A DNA stretch of 42,191 bases from the NCBI GenBank assembly GCA_024403095.1, contig JAKSSN010000001.1:1-42191 (forward strand), read 5' to 3'. Positions 9,396 through 18,399 of this stretch are shown in pieces. This DNA comes from Oscillospiraceae bacterium. GTDB lineage: Bacteria; Bacillota; Clostridia; Oscillospirales; Oscillospiraceae. Numbering within the stretch: the first letter of the stretch is position 1; every line of letters begins with the position of its first letter. Made by a program: the position numbers and the translations under genes. Below the pieces are notes generated by a model that searched no databases, was not told the origin of the DNA, and saw nothing but the letters and a program-made list of their open reading frames with translations.

Positions 9396-9434
9396 TCCGA
9401 AAAAATAAGTGCGGATACCTGAACGGAATCCGCA
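9396..9434 (-). terminator. leader (attenuator) terminator immediately upstream of the infC SD
   Basis: On the minus strand, GTGCGGATtCC / GGtATCCGCAC hairpin followed by TTATTTTTT. The T tract runs straight into GGAGG. Confidence 0.75.
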
Positions 9435-9545
9435 CGTCAAAAACGAAATCAACCCATAACGAATGAGTTAAGCGCTTTTATGAACCATGGCACCTTAGGA
9501 GCCAGGTGAGGGCGGCGGAAACCGAACCTTCTTTATTGTCAGCTT
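9396..9545 (-). promoter_or_regulatory. infC-rpmI-rplT 5' leader, probable L20-responsive ribosomal-protein leader
   Basis: A ~150-nt untranslated leader lies between a near-consensus promoter and infC and ends in an intrinsic terminator. This architecture matches the Firmicute L20 leader. Covariance-model confirmation was not possible here. Confidence 0.55.
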
Positions 9546-9549
9546 TGAT

Positions 9550-9578
9550 AATATATCAGATTACTTCTTCCCTGTCAA
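9550..9578 (-). promoter_or_regulatory. sigma-A promoter of the infC operon
   Basis: Minus strand TTGACA (9578..9573), 17-nt spacer, TATATT (9555..9550). It sits just downstream of the deoC stop. Confidence 0.6.
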
Positions 9579-9585
9579 GCAGAAA

Positions 9586-10278
9586 TCAGTAATTTTCTTT
9601 TGTTTCTACTGGAGTTTCCTGCTCTTTTTCCATTGCTATGGCAATCTTTACGATACGGGATGTTCCCAGGCGTTCTGCACCAAGGTTCAGAAAATCCTCG
9701 GCATCCTGAAGGGAGGAAATGCCGCCTGCTGCTTTCACTTTCACATGGGCGGGGCTATACTTTCTCATAAGCTCAACATCTGCCTTGGTTGCTCCGCCTG
9801 TAGAAAAGCCGGTACTGGTTTTAATAAAATCGGCACCGCTCTCGCCGACGATCTCACACAGGCGGATCTTTTCGTCATCGGTAAGCAGGCAGCATTCAAT
9901 GATCACCTTAAGGATCTTTCCTTCGCATGCCTTGCGGACTTCCACGATATCAGCCTTCACGTCGCTCCAGCAGCCATCTTTTACCATGGCAAGGTTGATC
10001 ACCATGTCAATTTCATCTGCGCCATTTTCAACTGCATCTTTTGTTTCAAATGCTTTTGCTGCTGTGGTCATATATCCGTTAGGAAAGCCGATGACCGTGC
10101 AGATCTTCAGCTGATCGCCAACATAGCGCTTCGCACCTGCCACATGGCAGGGAGGAATGCAGACGCTGGCACAATGGTATTTGATTGCCTGGTCACAGAT
10201 CGTGCGGATCTCTTCGCTTGTGCAGTCCTGGCGAAGCAAGGTATGATCACATGTTTCAAGAATGGTTTTAATATCCAT
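9586..10278 (-). CDS. deoC: deoxyribose-phosphate aldolase
   Basis: [15 protein letters not shown] and the Schiff-base lysine context FIKTSTGF. The ATG at 10278 is preceded by AGGAAGGAAAAA. The track start at 10311 lacks an SD. Confidence 0.92.
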   Translation of the reverse strand: MDIKTILETCDHTLLRQDCTSEEIRTICDQAIKYHCASVCIPPCHVAGAKRYVGDQLKICTVIGFPNGYMTTAAKAFETKDAVENGADEIDMVINLAMVKDGCWSDVKADIVEVRKACEGKILKVIIECCLLTDDEKIRLCEIVGESGADFIKTSTGFSTGGATKADVELMRKYSPAHVKVKAAGGISSLQDAEDFLNLGAERLGTSRIVKIAIAMEKEQETPVETKENY

Positions 10279-10311
10279 ATTGTTTTTCCTTCCTATGATT
10301 TTTTGCAACAA

Positions 10312-10878
10312 TTAGTTACGCAGATTAATACCCAGTACGGCACCGCAGATTCCGCCTACAATATGGGTAAGCTGCGATACATTATCCCGCAGAACAACTC
10401 CATCAATGATCTCGCCGCCGATATACAGCACGAGCACCAGGATCAGCGTGATTGGAATGCAGCCATTTTTCATACCGGAAAGGCTCATCATAACGATCAT
10501 CATAAAAACGATACCTGATGCGCCCAACAAAGCAGTACCCGGGAAAAACAGCCACTGAATCAGGCCGGAAACAAAAGCTGTGATCAGAATGGCCATCAGC
10601 AGGTCATGGCTGCCATATCGTTCCTCCAGGGCTGGCCCCAGCACAAGAATAAACATAATATTTCCAATCAGGTGGGAATAGCTGCTGTGACCAAGAACAT
10701 GAAGGAAAAAGCGGAGATAAGTAAACACATCAGCAAGCGAGGAGCGGTAAACACTGAACAGTTTTACGGTCGTGTAGCCCCCGGTCAGCTTTCCTAAAAG
10801 CAGCGCAACCAGAGAAAGGAAAGAAAACGTAAGCACTACCGGGGAATTATACTGCAGTTTGATGATCGTCTTTTTCAT
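10312..10878 (-). CDS. rhomboid-family intramembrane serine protease (minimal six-TM core)
   Basis: HxxxN in SHLIGN, catalytic GASG serine motif, and catalytic His in THIVGGICG. Hydrophobic throughout, with no extra domains (188 aa). Confidence 0.85.
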   Translation of the reverse strand: MKKTIIKLQYNSPVVLTFSFLSLVALLLGKLTGGYTTVKLFSVYRSSLADVFTYLRFFLHVLGHSSYSHLIGNIMFILVLGPALEERYGSHDLLMAILITAFVSGLIQWLFFPGTALLGASGIVFMMIVMMSLSGMKNGCIPITLILVLVLYIGGEIIDGVVLRDNVSQLTHIVGGICGAVLGINLRN

Positions 10879-10889
10879 CTTCTGTTCCC

Positions 10890-13226
10890 TTATTCCACAA
10901 CAATACTTCCGCCCTGAACAGACAGCTTCAGCATTGCTATATTGCCGCCGCCAAGCTGGATGATCCGCCAGGCAAGCGTGTCTTCGATTTGTTTTTGAAT
11001 GATTCTGCGAAGATTACGTGCGCCATATGTGACAGAGTATGCCTCTTTCACCAGATAGTCGATCACATCCTCATTCCATACCAGTTCGGTTCCCCTGCCA
11101 GCCAGAAGGTCCTTGACCTCCTGCAGCATCATAACCGCAATGGAGCGGAAATTATCCTCGCTAAGGCGATTAAAGCAGATCACTTCATCCACGCGATTAA
11201 TAAACTCGGGCCGCAGGAACTCGTTCAGGGCCTTCATTGCCCGCTCTCTTCCCATATCAGCCACGTCACCGCCAAAGCCTACACTGCCGGTACGAGTATT
11301 GCTGCCGGCATTTGTAGTCATAACGATTACAGTGTTTTCAAAGTTTACCGTGCGTCCCTGCGAATCTGTAACACGTCCGTCATCCAGGATCTGCAGCAGG
11401 ATATTCATCACATCCGGATGGGCCTTTTCAATTTCATCAAACAGGACCACACTATACGGTTTGCGGCGGATCTTTTCTGTCAGCTGTCCTGCCTCTTCGT
11501 AGCCAACATAGCCGGGAGGCGAGCCGATCAGGCGGGAAACTGCGAACTTTTCCATAAACTCGCTCATATCCAGGCGAATCAGGGATTCCGGGCTATCGAA
11601 CAGGTCTGCAGCCAGCTGCTTCACCAGTTCCGTTTTGCCAACACCGGTTCCGCCAACAAAGATAAAGCTGACCGGTTTGCGTTTTACCTGCAGGCCAACA
11701 CGGCTACGGCGAATCGCAGCGCAAACAGCATCAACTGCTTCATCCTGCCCAACGATGTGGGATTTCAGCCGCTTATCCAGGTCAGCCAGCCGAACGATTT
11801 CGTCCTCCTTTATGGCAGAAGCCGGAATATGGGTCCAAAGTTCAATAATTCGGGCAAGATTATCTGCCGTAAGCTCCGGTTTTGCTCTGCTTTCCAGGTC
11901 CTGAAGTTCCTGTTCCAGCTGCATCTCACGGCTGCGCAGGGTCGCAATGCGTGCATAACGCTGGTCCAGCATTTCATCGGTAAGGGCTTCGCCCTCCGGT
12001 GCATCGGCTGACATCAGAGCTTCCCTCTCAAAGCGAATGTTTTCAAGATCGCGGCGGGCAGTTACAGCGCGCCCAATTGCAGGATTCTTCAGATTCACAT
12101 CACTGCATGCCTCATCGATCAGGTCGATCGCTTTATCCGGAAGGAAACGATCGGTGATATAGCGCTCGCTCAAGTTTACAGCCAGCCGGCACATCGCATC
12201 CGAAATAACCACACCATGATAATCCTCATAGTAGTGGGCAATTCCCTGAAGGATCCGGCAGCTGTCATCCAAACTAGGCTCATTCACTGTTACTGGCTGG
12301 AATCGGCGTTCCAGAGCAGAATCCTTTTCAATATGCTTGCGATATTCATTAAACGTTGTAGCACCAATCACCTGGATCTCGCCCCGGGAAAGGGCAGGCT
12401 TAAGAATATTGGCAGCGTTCATGCTGCCTTCCGCGTCTCCGGCACCAACGATGGTATGAACCTCATCAATTACAAGAATGATATTTCCATCCTTTTTGAT
12501 TTCCTCAATCAGGCCCTTCATACGGCTTTCAAACTGGCCGCGGAACTGGGTTCCCGCAACCAGAGATGTAAGATCAAGCAGGAAAACCTGCTTGTTCTGC
12601 AGTTTTTCCGGCACATCACCCTTTGCAATGCGCTGAGCAAGTCCCTCTGCAATTGCAGTTTTACCCACGCCGGGCTCACCGATCAGGCAAGGGTTATTTT
12701 TCTGGCGGCGGTTAAGGATCTGGATCACACGTTCCAGTTCCTCTTCCCGGCCGATCATATTATCCAGTTTCCCCTCGCGGGCACGTCCGGTAAGATCAAT
12801 GCAGTAATTATCAAGAAATTTGCGTTTATGACCGCGTTTCTTTCGCTCTTCTCCCTCTGCACGGTTGGGAGCAGTTCCCTCTCCCTCCGCTTTTGCATTC
12901 TGGCTGTTGTTCTGAAAATTGTTCATAAAGCGCTTGATAAAGGGCATTGTTGCGGTTTTTCCGTCGTCTTCCCCTTCGTCCTCGTCGCCTTCAAGCTCCG
13001 GAATCTCATCCATGCCGCTCAGCGCATTCATCATGTCTCCGCTGATGGCATCGATTTCGTCTTCAGAAATACCAAGTTTTCCAATAATATCATCAACAGG
13101 CTGAATATGCATATCACGCGCGCAGCGGATGCACAGGCCTTCATTTTTTGTGATACCGTTTTCAAGTTTTGTAATAAACACCACTGCAGGATTTTTCCCG
13201 CAGCGTGAGCAAAGAACTGGCTGCAT
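10890..13226 (-). CDS. Clp/Hsp100 double-AAA+ ATPase (ClpC-like) with an N-terminal C4 zinc ribbon instead of the Clp N-domain
   Basis: Two Walker A motifs ([15 protein letters not shown] and [12 protein letters not shown]). UVR-like coiled middle region. VGF tripeptide after TTNAGS. N-terminus is [31 protein letters not shown] followed by an acidic linker. No GTEHILLGL-type Clp_N repeats are present. Confidence 0.9.
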   Translation of the reverse strand: MQPVLCSRCGKNPAVVFITKLENGITKNEGLCIRCARDMHIQPVDDIIGKLGISEDEIDAISGDMMNALSGMDEIPELEGDEDEGEDDGKTATMPFIKRFMNNFQNNSQNAKAEGEGTAPNRAEGEERKKRGHKRKFLDNYCIDLTGRAREGKLDNMIGREEELERVIQILNRRQKNNPCLIGEPGVGKTAIAEGLAQRIAKGDVPEKLQNKQVFLLDLTSLVAGTQFRGQFESRMKGLIEEIKKDGNIILVIDEVHTIVGAGDAEGSMNAANILKPALSRGEIQVIGATTFNEYRKHIEKDSALERRFQPVTVNEPSLDDSCRILQGIAHYYEDYHGVVISDAMCRLAVNLSERYITDRFLPDKAIDLIDEACSDVNLKNPAIGRAVTARRDLENIRFEREALMSADAPEGEALTDEMLDQRYARIATLRSREMQLEQELQDLESRAKPELTADNLARIIELWTHIPASAIKEDEIVRLADLDKRLKSHIVGQDEAVDAVCAAIRRSRVGLQVKRKPVSFIFVGGTGVGKTELVKQLAADLFDSPESLIRLDMSEFMEKFAVSRLIGSPPGYVGYEEAGQLTEKIRRKPYSVVLFDEIEKAHPDVMNILLQILDDGRVTDSQGRTVNFENTVIVMTTNAGSNTRTGSVGFGGDVADMGRERAMKALNEFLRPEFINRVDEVICFNRLSEDNFRSIAVMMLQEVKDLLAGRGTELVWNEDVIDYLVKEAYSVTYGARNLRRIIQKQIEDTLAWRIIQLGGGNIAMLKLSVQGGSIVVE

Positions 13227-13246
13227 ATTTTCCTCCGGAAAAAGAA

Positions 13247-13987
13247 TTAGTGAAGTCCGCTGGTCACAAAGTCAAAGGACTGGAAAAAGCGGCACAGAAC
13301 ACTGCGGTCAATCGTGGTTTTGCCCAGCAGTATTCCAAGGTAACTGAGCATCCAGCAAAGAAGGATGCAGTATAAAAATCCTCGAACAAAGCCAAGCACC
13401 GCGCCGCCGATCTCGTCCAGATTCTGCATGTTTGGCAGCCGGAACGAAAGATTTGCAAAATTACCAAGTGCCGTTACAGCAATCAGGATCATAAGAAAAG
13501 CAAGCAGCAGCCCCACAATATAGCTGATGGTGCTGCACAATACGTCTACAACAGCTTCCGTCATATCCTTATCCGGATTCGCATTTGCCATCTGTACTGC
13601 TTCGGTTGCCATCTCCACGCTGCGGTCTGAATTAAATCCCATCATCGTCATGCACAGATAAGCATAGTCCGCACGCAGGGACGGGTCGTCGCTGAGCACA
13701 TCATCAAGAGAGCGGTCGCTGGAGCTGCTGAGAAGTTCCGAAGCCTTCAGTGTCTCCAATATTTTTTCGCGGCTCGCCTGGCTGTCGATATATCCATCCA
13801 CAAAAGGCTCCAATGCGGGGATCACTTCTCCCGCATAGGTATGGGAGAGCAGGCTGCCGCCTAACAGAGCGATCACAACCACCAGAATACCGGCAATTGC
13901 GCCGATAAAACCTCTCTTGAAGCCGTCCCAGGTGCACAGCGCAAGTATTGCAAGAATCATAATATCAAGGATCAGTCTTGCAAGCAT
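13247..13987 (-). CDS. cvpA: CvpA-family membrane protein
   Basis: N-terminus ILDIMILAILALCTWDGFKRGFIGAIAGIL is the typical CvpA pattern, with multiple TM helices. Confidence 0.8.
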   Translation of the reverse strand: MLARLILDIMILAILALCTWDGFKRGFIGAIAGILVVVIALLGGSLLSHTYAGEVIPALEPFVDGYIDSQASREKILETLKASELLSSSSDRSLDDVLSDDPSLRADYAYLCMTMMGFNSDRSVEMATEAVQMANANPDKDMTEAVVDVLCSTISYIVGLLLAFLMILIAVTALGNFANLSFRLPNMQNLDEIGGAVLGFVRGFLYCILLCWMLSYLGILLGKTTIDRSVLCRFFQSFDFVTSGLH

Positions 13988-14034
13988 GATTCATTTCTTC
14001 CTTTCTTAGAGGCGATTCGAAATCAGATCTCGAA

Positions 14035-14805
14035 TCATTCGTTATCTTCAAACAGCATACTGACCGGATCGGGATACCAGATACGGTTCAGATAAAGGCC
14101 TTGAGGAGGCATGGTTGGGCCGGTGAGGCGCCGATCTCCAAGCTCAAGCAGATGCGGGATCTCTTCCGGCTGAAGTTTTCCGTAACTTGCATATACTAAT
14201 GTGCCAACAATTGCGCGGCACATGTTATACAGAAACCCATCTGCACACACGGCAATCGTGATCAGATTATTCTGCTTTTCCGCCGTGCAGTGGAAAATCG
14301 TGCGCACCGTAGTTTTAGTCTCGGTTCCCACGCTGCGAACCGCACGAAAATCATGGGTTCCCTCAAATGCCTTTGCTGCGCGCTGCATCAGATCCATATC
14401 CAGGTGCTGCGGATAAAAACACACCCTGTGCTCCAGGAACGGATCGCGAATATTGCTGTTGTATATTTTGTAAATGTATTCCTTTTTTATGCAGCTTCCA
14501 ATGGCATTAAACCCATCCGGTGCGATCATCGCCCGCTCAACAGCAATATCATCCGGCAGGCGTGAATTTACAGCCAGCGGCAGCCGATCCATAGGAATTC
14601 GAGTGTTGCTCTTAAAGGAAGCACAATAACGGTTGGCATGCACACCGGCATCTGTTCTGCCGCAGCCTACCACTTTAATCGGCTCCCCGCACACCGTGCT
14701 CAGGGCCCGTTCTACTGTTTCTGCTACCGTAATATCATTTTTCTGAACCTGCCAGCCATGATATCTGCTGCCATCATAGCGCAGGCGCAACGCAATTGTA
14801 TTCAT
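14035..14805 (-). CDS. truA: tRNA pseudouridine(38-40) synthase
   Basis: LRYDGSRYHGWQVQ and catalytic Asp motif GCGRTDAGVHA. Confidence 0.95.
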   Translation of the reverse strand: MNTIALRLRYDGSRYHGWQVQKNDITVAETVERALSTVCGEPIKVVGCGRTDAGVHANRYCASFKSNTRIPMDRLPLAVNSRLPDDIAVERAMIAPDGFNAIGSCIKKEYIYKIYNSNIRDPFLEHRVCFYPQHLDMDLMQRAAKAFEGTHDFRAVRSVGTETKTTVRTIFHCTAEKQNNLITIAVCADGFLYNMCRAIVGTLVYASYGKLQPEEIPHLLELGDRRLTGPTMPPQGLYLNRIWYPDPVSMLFEDNE

Positions 14806-15599
14806 AAGCCAAACACTCGCAGTAAGATCATCCCAGCCAGGAAGAGGATTCCAAGGACCAGCGCAAGAATATCATTCGCCGCAAACTGCAGCTTTTTCAT
14901 ACGGGTACGTCCTTCCCCGCCATGATAACAGCGGCTTTCCATTGCAACCGCAAGCTCATCTGCGCGCCGAAATGCCGAGACAAACAGAGGGACCAGAATG
15001 GGGAGCAGAGCCTTTGCGCGCTGTACCAGGGAGCCATTTTCAAAATCTGCGCCTCTGGCTTTCTGCGCAGACATGATCTTATCCGTCTCCTCGATCAGTG
15101 TGGGAATAAAACGCAGCGCCATGCTCATCATCATAGTCATCTCATGCACCGGAACTCTGATTTTTTTCAGCGGATTCATCAGCAGTTCCAGGCCATCGGT
15201 AAGGGCGATCGGGCTGGTAGTATAGGTAAGCAGGAAGGTGCCCGTAATCAGCAGAACAATGCGCAGAACCATCTGGATTGCACGCTCAATGCCTTCCCAG
15301 GTAATGATCCAGCCTGGCAGGACCGGGGTTCCCTGTGTGTAAAAAATGTTTAAAACAGCAGTGAGGCATATGATAAAGATCATAGGCTTCAGCCCCTTGA
15401 ACATGTTCTTTACACTGATATGGGAAAGTGCCATGCTAAGGCCTGCGACTGCAATTACAATTGCATAAGAAACCCACCATTTTGCCTGAAACAGTGCAAC
15501 AATATAGAGCACGACCAACAGGATCTTCGTGCGCGGGTCCAGGCGGTGTACAATGGTATCACCGGGGAAATACTGGCCGAGAGTTACATCTTTCAGCAT
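14802..15599 (-). CDS. ecfT: ECF transporter transmembrane (T) component
   Basis: GQYFPGDTIVHRLDPRTK start and ARG coupling-helix motifs (AQKARGADF). The ATG at 15599 follows GGGAGGGAAAAA. 4-nt overlap with truA. Confidence 0.9.
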   Translation of the reverse strand: MLKDVTLGQYFPGDTIVHRLDPRTKILLVVLYIVALFQAKWWVSYAIVIAVAGLSMALSHISVKNMFKGLKPMIFIICLTAVLNIFYTQGTPVLPGWIITWEGIERAIQMVLRIVLLITGTFLLTYTTSPIALTDGLELLMNPLKKIRVPVHEMTMMMSMALRFIPTLIEETDKIMSAQKARGADFENGSLVQRAKALLPILVPLFVSAFRRADELAVAMESRCYHGGEGRTRMKKLQFAANDILALVLGILFLAGMILLRVFGL

Positions 15600-16453
15600 G
15601 TTTTTCCCTCCCTGTATGCAAGCACTGCCTCCACCAAGCCCTCGTGAGTATAAACCGGGCATCCCAGTTCAACTCCCTGGCGCTTCAGCTCCAAGGCAAG
15701 TGCGGTAGAAGCCGGAATATCCAAGCCGATTGAGATCAGCTTCTCCGCCTGAGAGAACACCTGATCTGGCGTTCCATCCAGAACCACGCTGCCCCCGTCA
15801 AACACAATGATCCGCTGTGCAAGCCGGGCAACATCATCCATGTTATGGCTGATGATGATCACGGTAGCACCGGTTTTTTCCTTATAATCACAAATGTTGC
15901 CCAGGATTGTGCGGCATCCTGCCGGATCCAGTCCGGCTGTGGGCTCGTCAAGGATCAGGATCTCCGGCCGCATTGCGATCACACCGGCAATCGCGATCCT
16001 GCGTTTCTGCCCACCGGAAAGTTCCAGAGGCGAGCGTTCCATCAGTTCCGGAGCAATGCCTGTAAATGATGCTGCCTCGGTTACACGCTCCCGAATCTCA
16101 TCTTCTGAGAAGTTCATATTTTTCGGTCCAAAGGCAATATCCGCATAAACCGTTTCTTCAAAAAGCTGGTATTCCGGGTATTGAAACACCAGGCCAACAT
16201 GGCGGCGAATCTCGCGGCGCGATACCTTATCAGCATTAATATCACTTCCGTCAAACAGAACTTTTCCGGAAGTCGGCTTGATAAGCGCGTTCAGATGCTG
16301 GATAAATGTGGATTTACCGCTTCCTGTATGGCCAATAATACCAATAAACTGGCCGGAAGGAATGGATAAGCTGATATTTTCAATTGCTGTTTTTTCAAAA
16401 GGAGTTCCTGCGCTGTAAGTATGCGTCAGGTTCTCCGCTGTTATTACTGCCAT
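15593..16453 (-). CDS. ecfA2: ECF transporter ATPase component A2
   Basis: Walker A GHTGSGKST, signature LSGGQKRR, Walker B ILILDEPT. Position is between ecfA1 and ecfT. The ATG at 16453 is preceded by GGAG. Confidence 0.92.
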   Translation of the reverse strand: MAVITAENLTHTYSAGTPFEKTAIENISLSIPSGQFIGIIGHTGSGKSTFIQHLNALIKPTSGKVLFDGSDINADKVSRREIRRHVGLVFQYPEYQLFEETVYADIAFGPKNMNFSEDEIRERVTEAASFTGIAPELMERSPLELSGGQKRRIAIAGVIAMRPEILILDEPTAGLDPAGCRTILGNICDYKEKTGATVIIISHNMDDVARLAQRIIVFDGGSVVLDGTPDQVFSQAEKLISIGLDIPASTALALELKRQGVELGCPVYTHEGLVEAVLAYREGKTC

Positions 16454-16478
16454 AAAATGCAACTCCGTGCGTAGTACT

Positions 16479-17312
16479 TTAATTCATCAGGGCGGTTTTC
16501 ACGAACTGGGCACAGTCTTTCATGCCGGTAACGCCCAGCGGCAAAGAAAAGCCTCTGCTGTTCAGGTCATACATCAAGCGCACTGTCTCCGGCACTGTAA
16601 GCCCTTCTTTATCCATCAGCTCAACCTGGGAGAATACCTCAGAAGGTTTTCCATCCGCTATGATCTGGCCGGCTGACATCACGATCAGGCGGTCTGCATT
16701 TACACATTCATCCATATGATGGGTGATCAGCACGGCTGTAATGCCTGTATCGCGGCAGAGGTGTTCCACGGTTGATACAACTTCCCGCCTACCCTGGGGG
16801 TCAAGCATAGCAGTTGGTTCGTCCAGCACAATAATACGCGGCCGCATTGCGATCACACCGGCAATCGCCACACGCTGCTTCTGCCCGCCCGAAAGAAGGT
16901 GCGGGGCATGGCGTGCAAATTCCGTCATTCCAACACGAGCCAGCGCATCATCCACTCTTGTGCGGATCTCTTCCGAGGGTATGCCAAGGTTTTCCGGCGC
17001 AAAAGCCACATCCTCTTCCACCACGTTCGCCACGATCTGATTATCCGGATTCTGGAAAACCATACCAACCGTGCTGCGAACATCCAAAATACGGTTTTCG
17101 TCCGCTGTATCGATTCCCGCTACGGTAACCGTGCCGGAATCCGGAACCAGAATAGAATTCATATGCTTTGCAAGCGTGGACTTTCCGCTGCCGTTATGGC
17201 CGAGTACAGCAACAAAACTGCCCTCTTCAATATTAAGATTAATGCCCTTCAGTGTTTCGGTTTCGCTGCCGGGGTAGGTGAAATGCACCTCATTAAAACA
17301 GATGATACTCAA
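16479..17312 (-). CDS. ecfA1: ECF transporter ATPase component A1
   Basis: Walker A GHNGSGKST, signature LSGGQKQR, Walker B IIVLDEPT. TTG start with GGAG 8 nt upstream. Confidence 0.92.
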   Translation of the reverse strand: MSIICFNEVHFTYPGSETETLKGINLNIEEGSFVAVLGHNGSGKSTLAKHMNSILVPDSGTVTVAGIDTADENRILDVRSTVGMVFQNPDNQIVANVVEEDVAFAPENLGIPSEEIRTRVDDALARVGMTEFARHAPHLLSGGQKQRVAIAGVIAMRPRIIVLDEPTAMLDPQGRREVVSTVEHLCRDTGITAVLITHHMDECVNADRLIVMSAGQIIADGKPSEVFSQVELMDKEGLTVPETVRLMYDLNSRGFSLPLGVTGMKDCAQFVKTALMN

Positions 17313-17333
17313 GTGAAAAACTCCAGAAACAGA

Positions 17334-18194
17334 TTATCTTTCCCAGCGGCAGGTTGCTCCGCAGGGCAATACAAGGCCAGTATCGGTTACCGGGAGGCCA
17401 AGCTCGCGGCTATCGGAATGGCCTCCGAATTTTTTTGTGAAAATGCTTTCTGTTACATAAGAAAGCACGGATGCGGAAAGGCCGGTGGTATAAGAATTAA
17501 TGATTACGAAAAGCGGATCGTCGCTCAACACTCCGGCGCACAGGGATACAAAGGGCCAAAGATTGGTTTCGAGTTTCCACACTTCTCCTCCCGGCCCACG
17601 GCCGTAGGAAGGCGGATCCATAATAATTGCATCGTATTTGTGTCCTCTGCGGATCTCACGTTCAACAAATTTAGCACAATCATCAACGATCCATCGGATC
17701 GGTGCCTCGGAAAGCCCGCTGACCGCAGCATTTTCTTTTCCCCAGGCAACCATTCCTTTTGCTGCATCCACATGGCAGACCTGAGCGCCAGCCTTGGCAC
17801 AAGCCACAGTGGCTGCGCCGGTATATCCGAACAGGTTCAGCACACTGATTGGGCGGCCAGCTGAACGGATCTTTGCCATTGCCCAATCCCAGTTGCAAGC
17901 CTGCTCCGGGAAGATGCCGGTATGCTTAAAATTCATGGGGCGAACGTTAAAAGTGAGCTCACCGTAGTGAATTTGCCATGCTGGGGGCAGCTTACCCTTA
18001 TCCCAGCTTCCTCCGCCAGTCTCGCTGCGGCGATAACGGGCATCGCGGTCATTCCAGTGCATATTACGGCGGGGCGTATCCCAGATTGCCTGCGGATCCG
18101 GACGAACCAGGTAATAGTTTCCCCAGCGTTCCAGCTTTTCTCCCTTGGAACAATCCAGCAGTTCAAATTCTTTCCATCCGTCTGAAATATACAT
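17334..18194 (-). CDS. class I SAM-dependent methyltransferase (RlmI/RlmK-like Methyltrans_SAM type)
   Basis: SAM motif LNLFGYTGAATVA and IIMDPPSYGRG. The ATG at 18194 is preceded by AGAGGA. The track start at 18224 is 30 nt further upstream. Confidence 0.8.
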   Translation of the reverse strand: MYISDGWKEFELLDCSKGEKLERWGNYYLVRPDPQAIWDTPRRNMHWNDRDARYRRSETGGGSWDKGKLPPAWQIHYGELTFNVRPMNFKHTGIFPEQACNWDWAMAKIRSAGRPISVLNLFGYTGAATVACAKAGAQVCHVDAAKGMVAWGKENAAVSGLSEAPIRWIVDDCAKFVEREIRRGHKYDAIIMDPPSYGRGPGGEVWKLETNLWPFVSLCAGVLSDDPLFVIINSYTTGLSASVLSYVTESIFTKKFGGHSDSRELGLPVTDTGLVLPCGATCRWER

Positions 18195-18249
18195 ATAACT
18201 TATCCTCTTCGATTCTTTGGGCATAATACCACTTATATATATTCATGGT

Positions 18250-18279
18250 ATTGTACCACTAAGATATTTACAAGGTCAA
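18250..18279 (-). promoter_or_regulatory. sigma-A promoter for the methyltransferase-ecf-truA transcription unit
   Basis: Minus strand TTGACC (18279..18274), 18-nt spacer, TACAAT (18255..18250). Confidence 0.45.
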
Positions 18280-18360
18280 TACACGAAATGTGAACAGTTT
18301 ATTTCTCTGTATTGTGCAGAAGCATACAAAAAAAACAGCTATGTAACCCTAGTCATGGTG

Positions 18361-18369
18361 TGATATAAT
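18361..18369 (+). promoter_or_regulatory. extended -10 promoter for the amidotransferase gene
   Basis: TGATATAAT is a perfect TGnTATAAT. It lies 31 nt upstream of the ATG at 18400, and a CAGGAG SD sits between them. Confidence 0.5.
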
Positions 18370-18399
18370 TTAAAAAACATAAACTACAGGAGTTCGCAT

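Noticed and set aside
10989-13208. 340-aa and 330-aa + strand ORFs opposite the Clp ATPase gene
   Set aside because: They are antisense shadows with no SD and no motifs. The sense strand carries both AAA+ modules.
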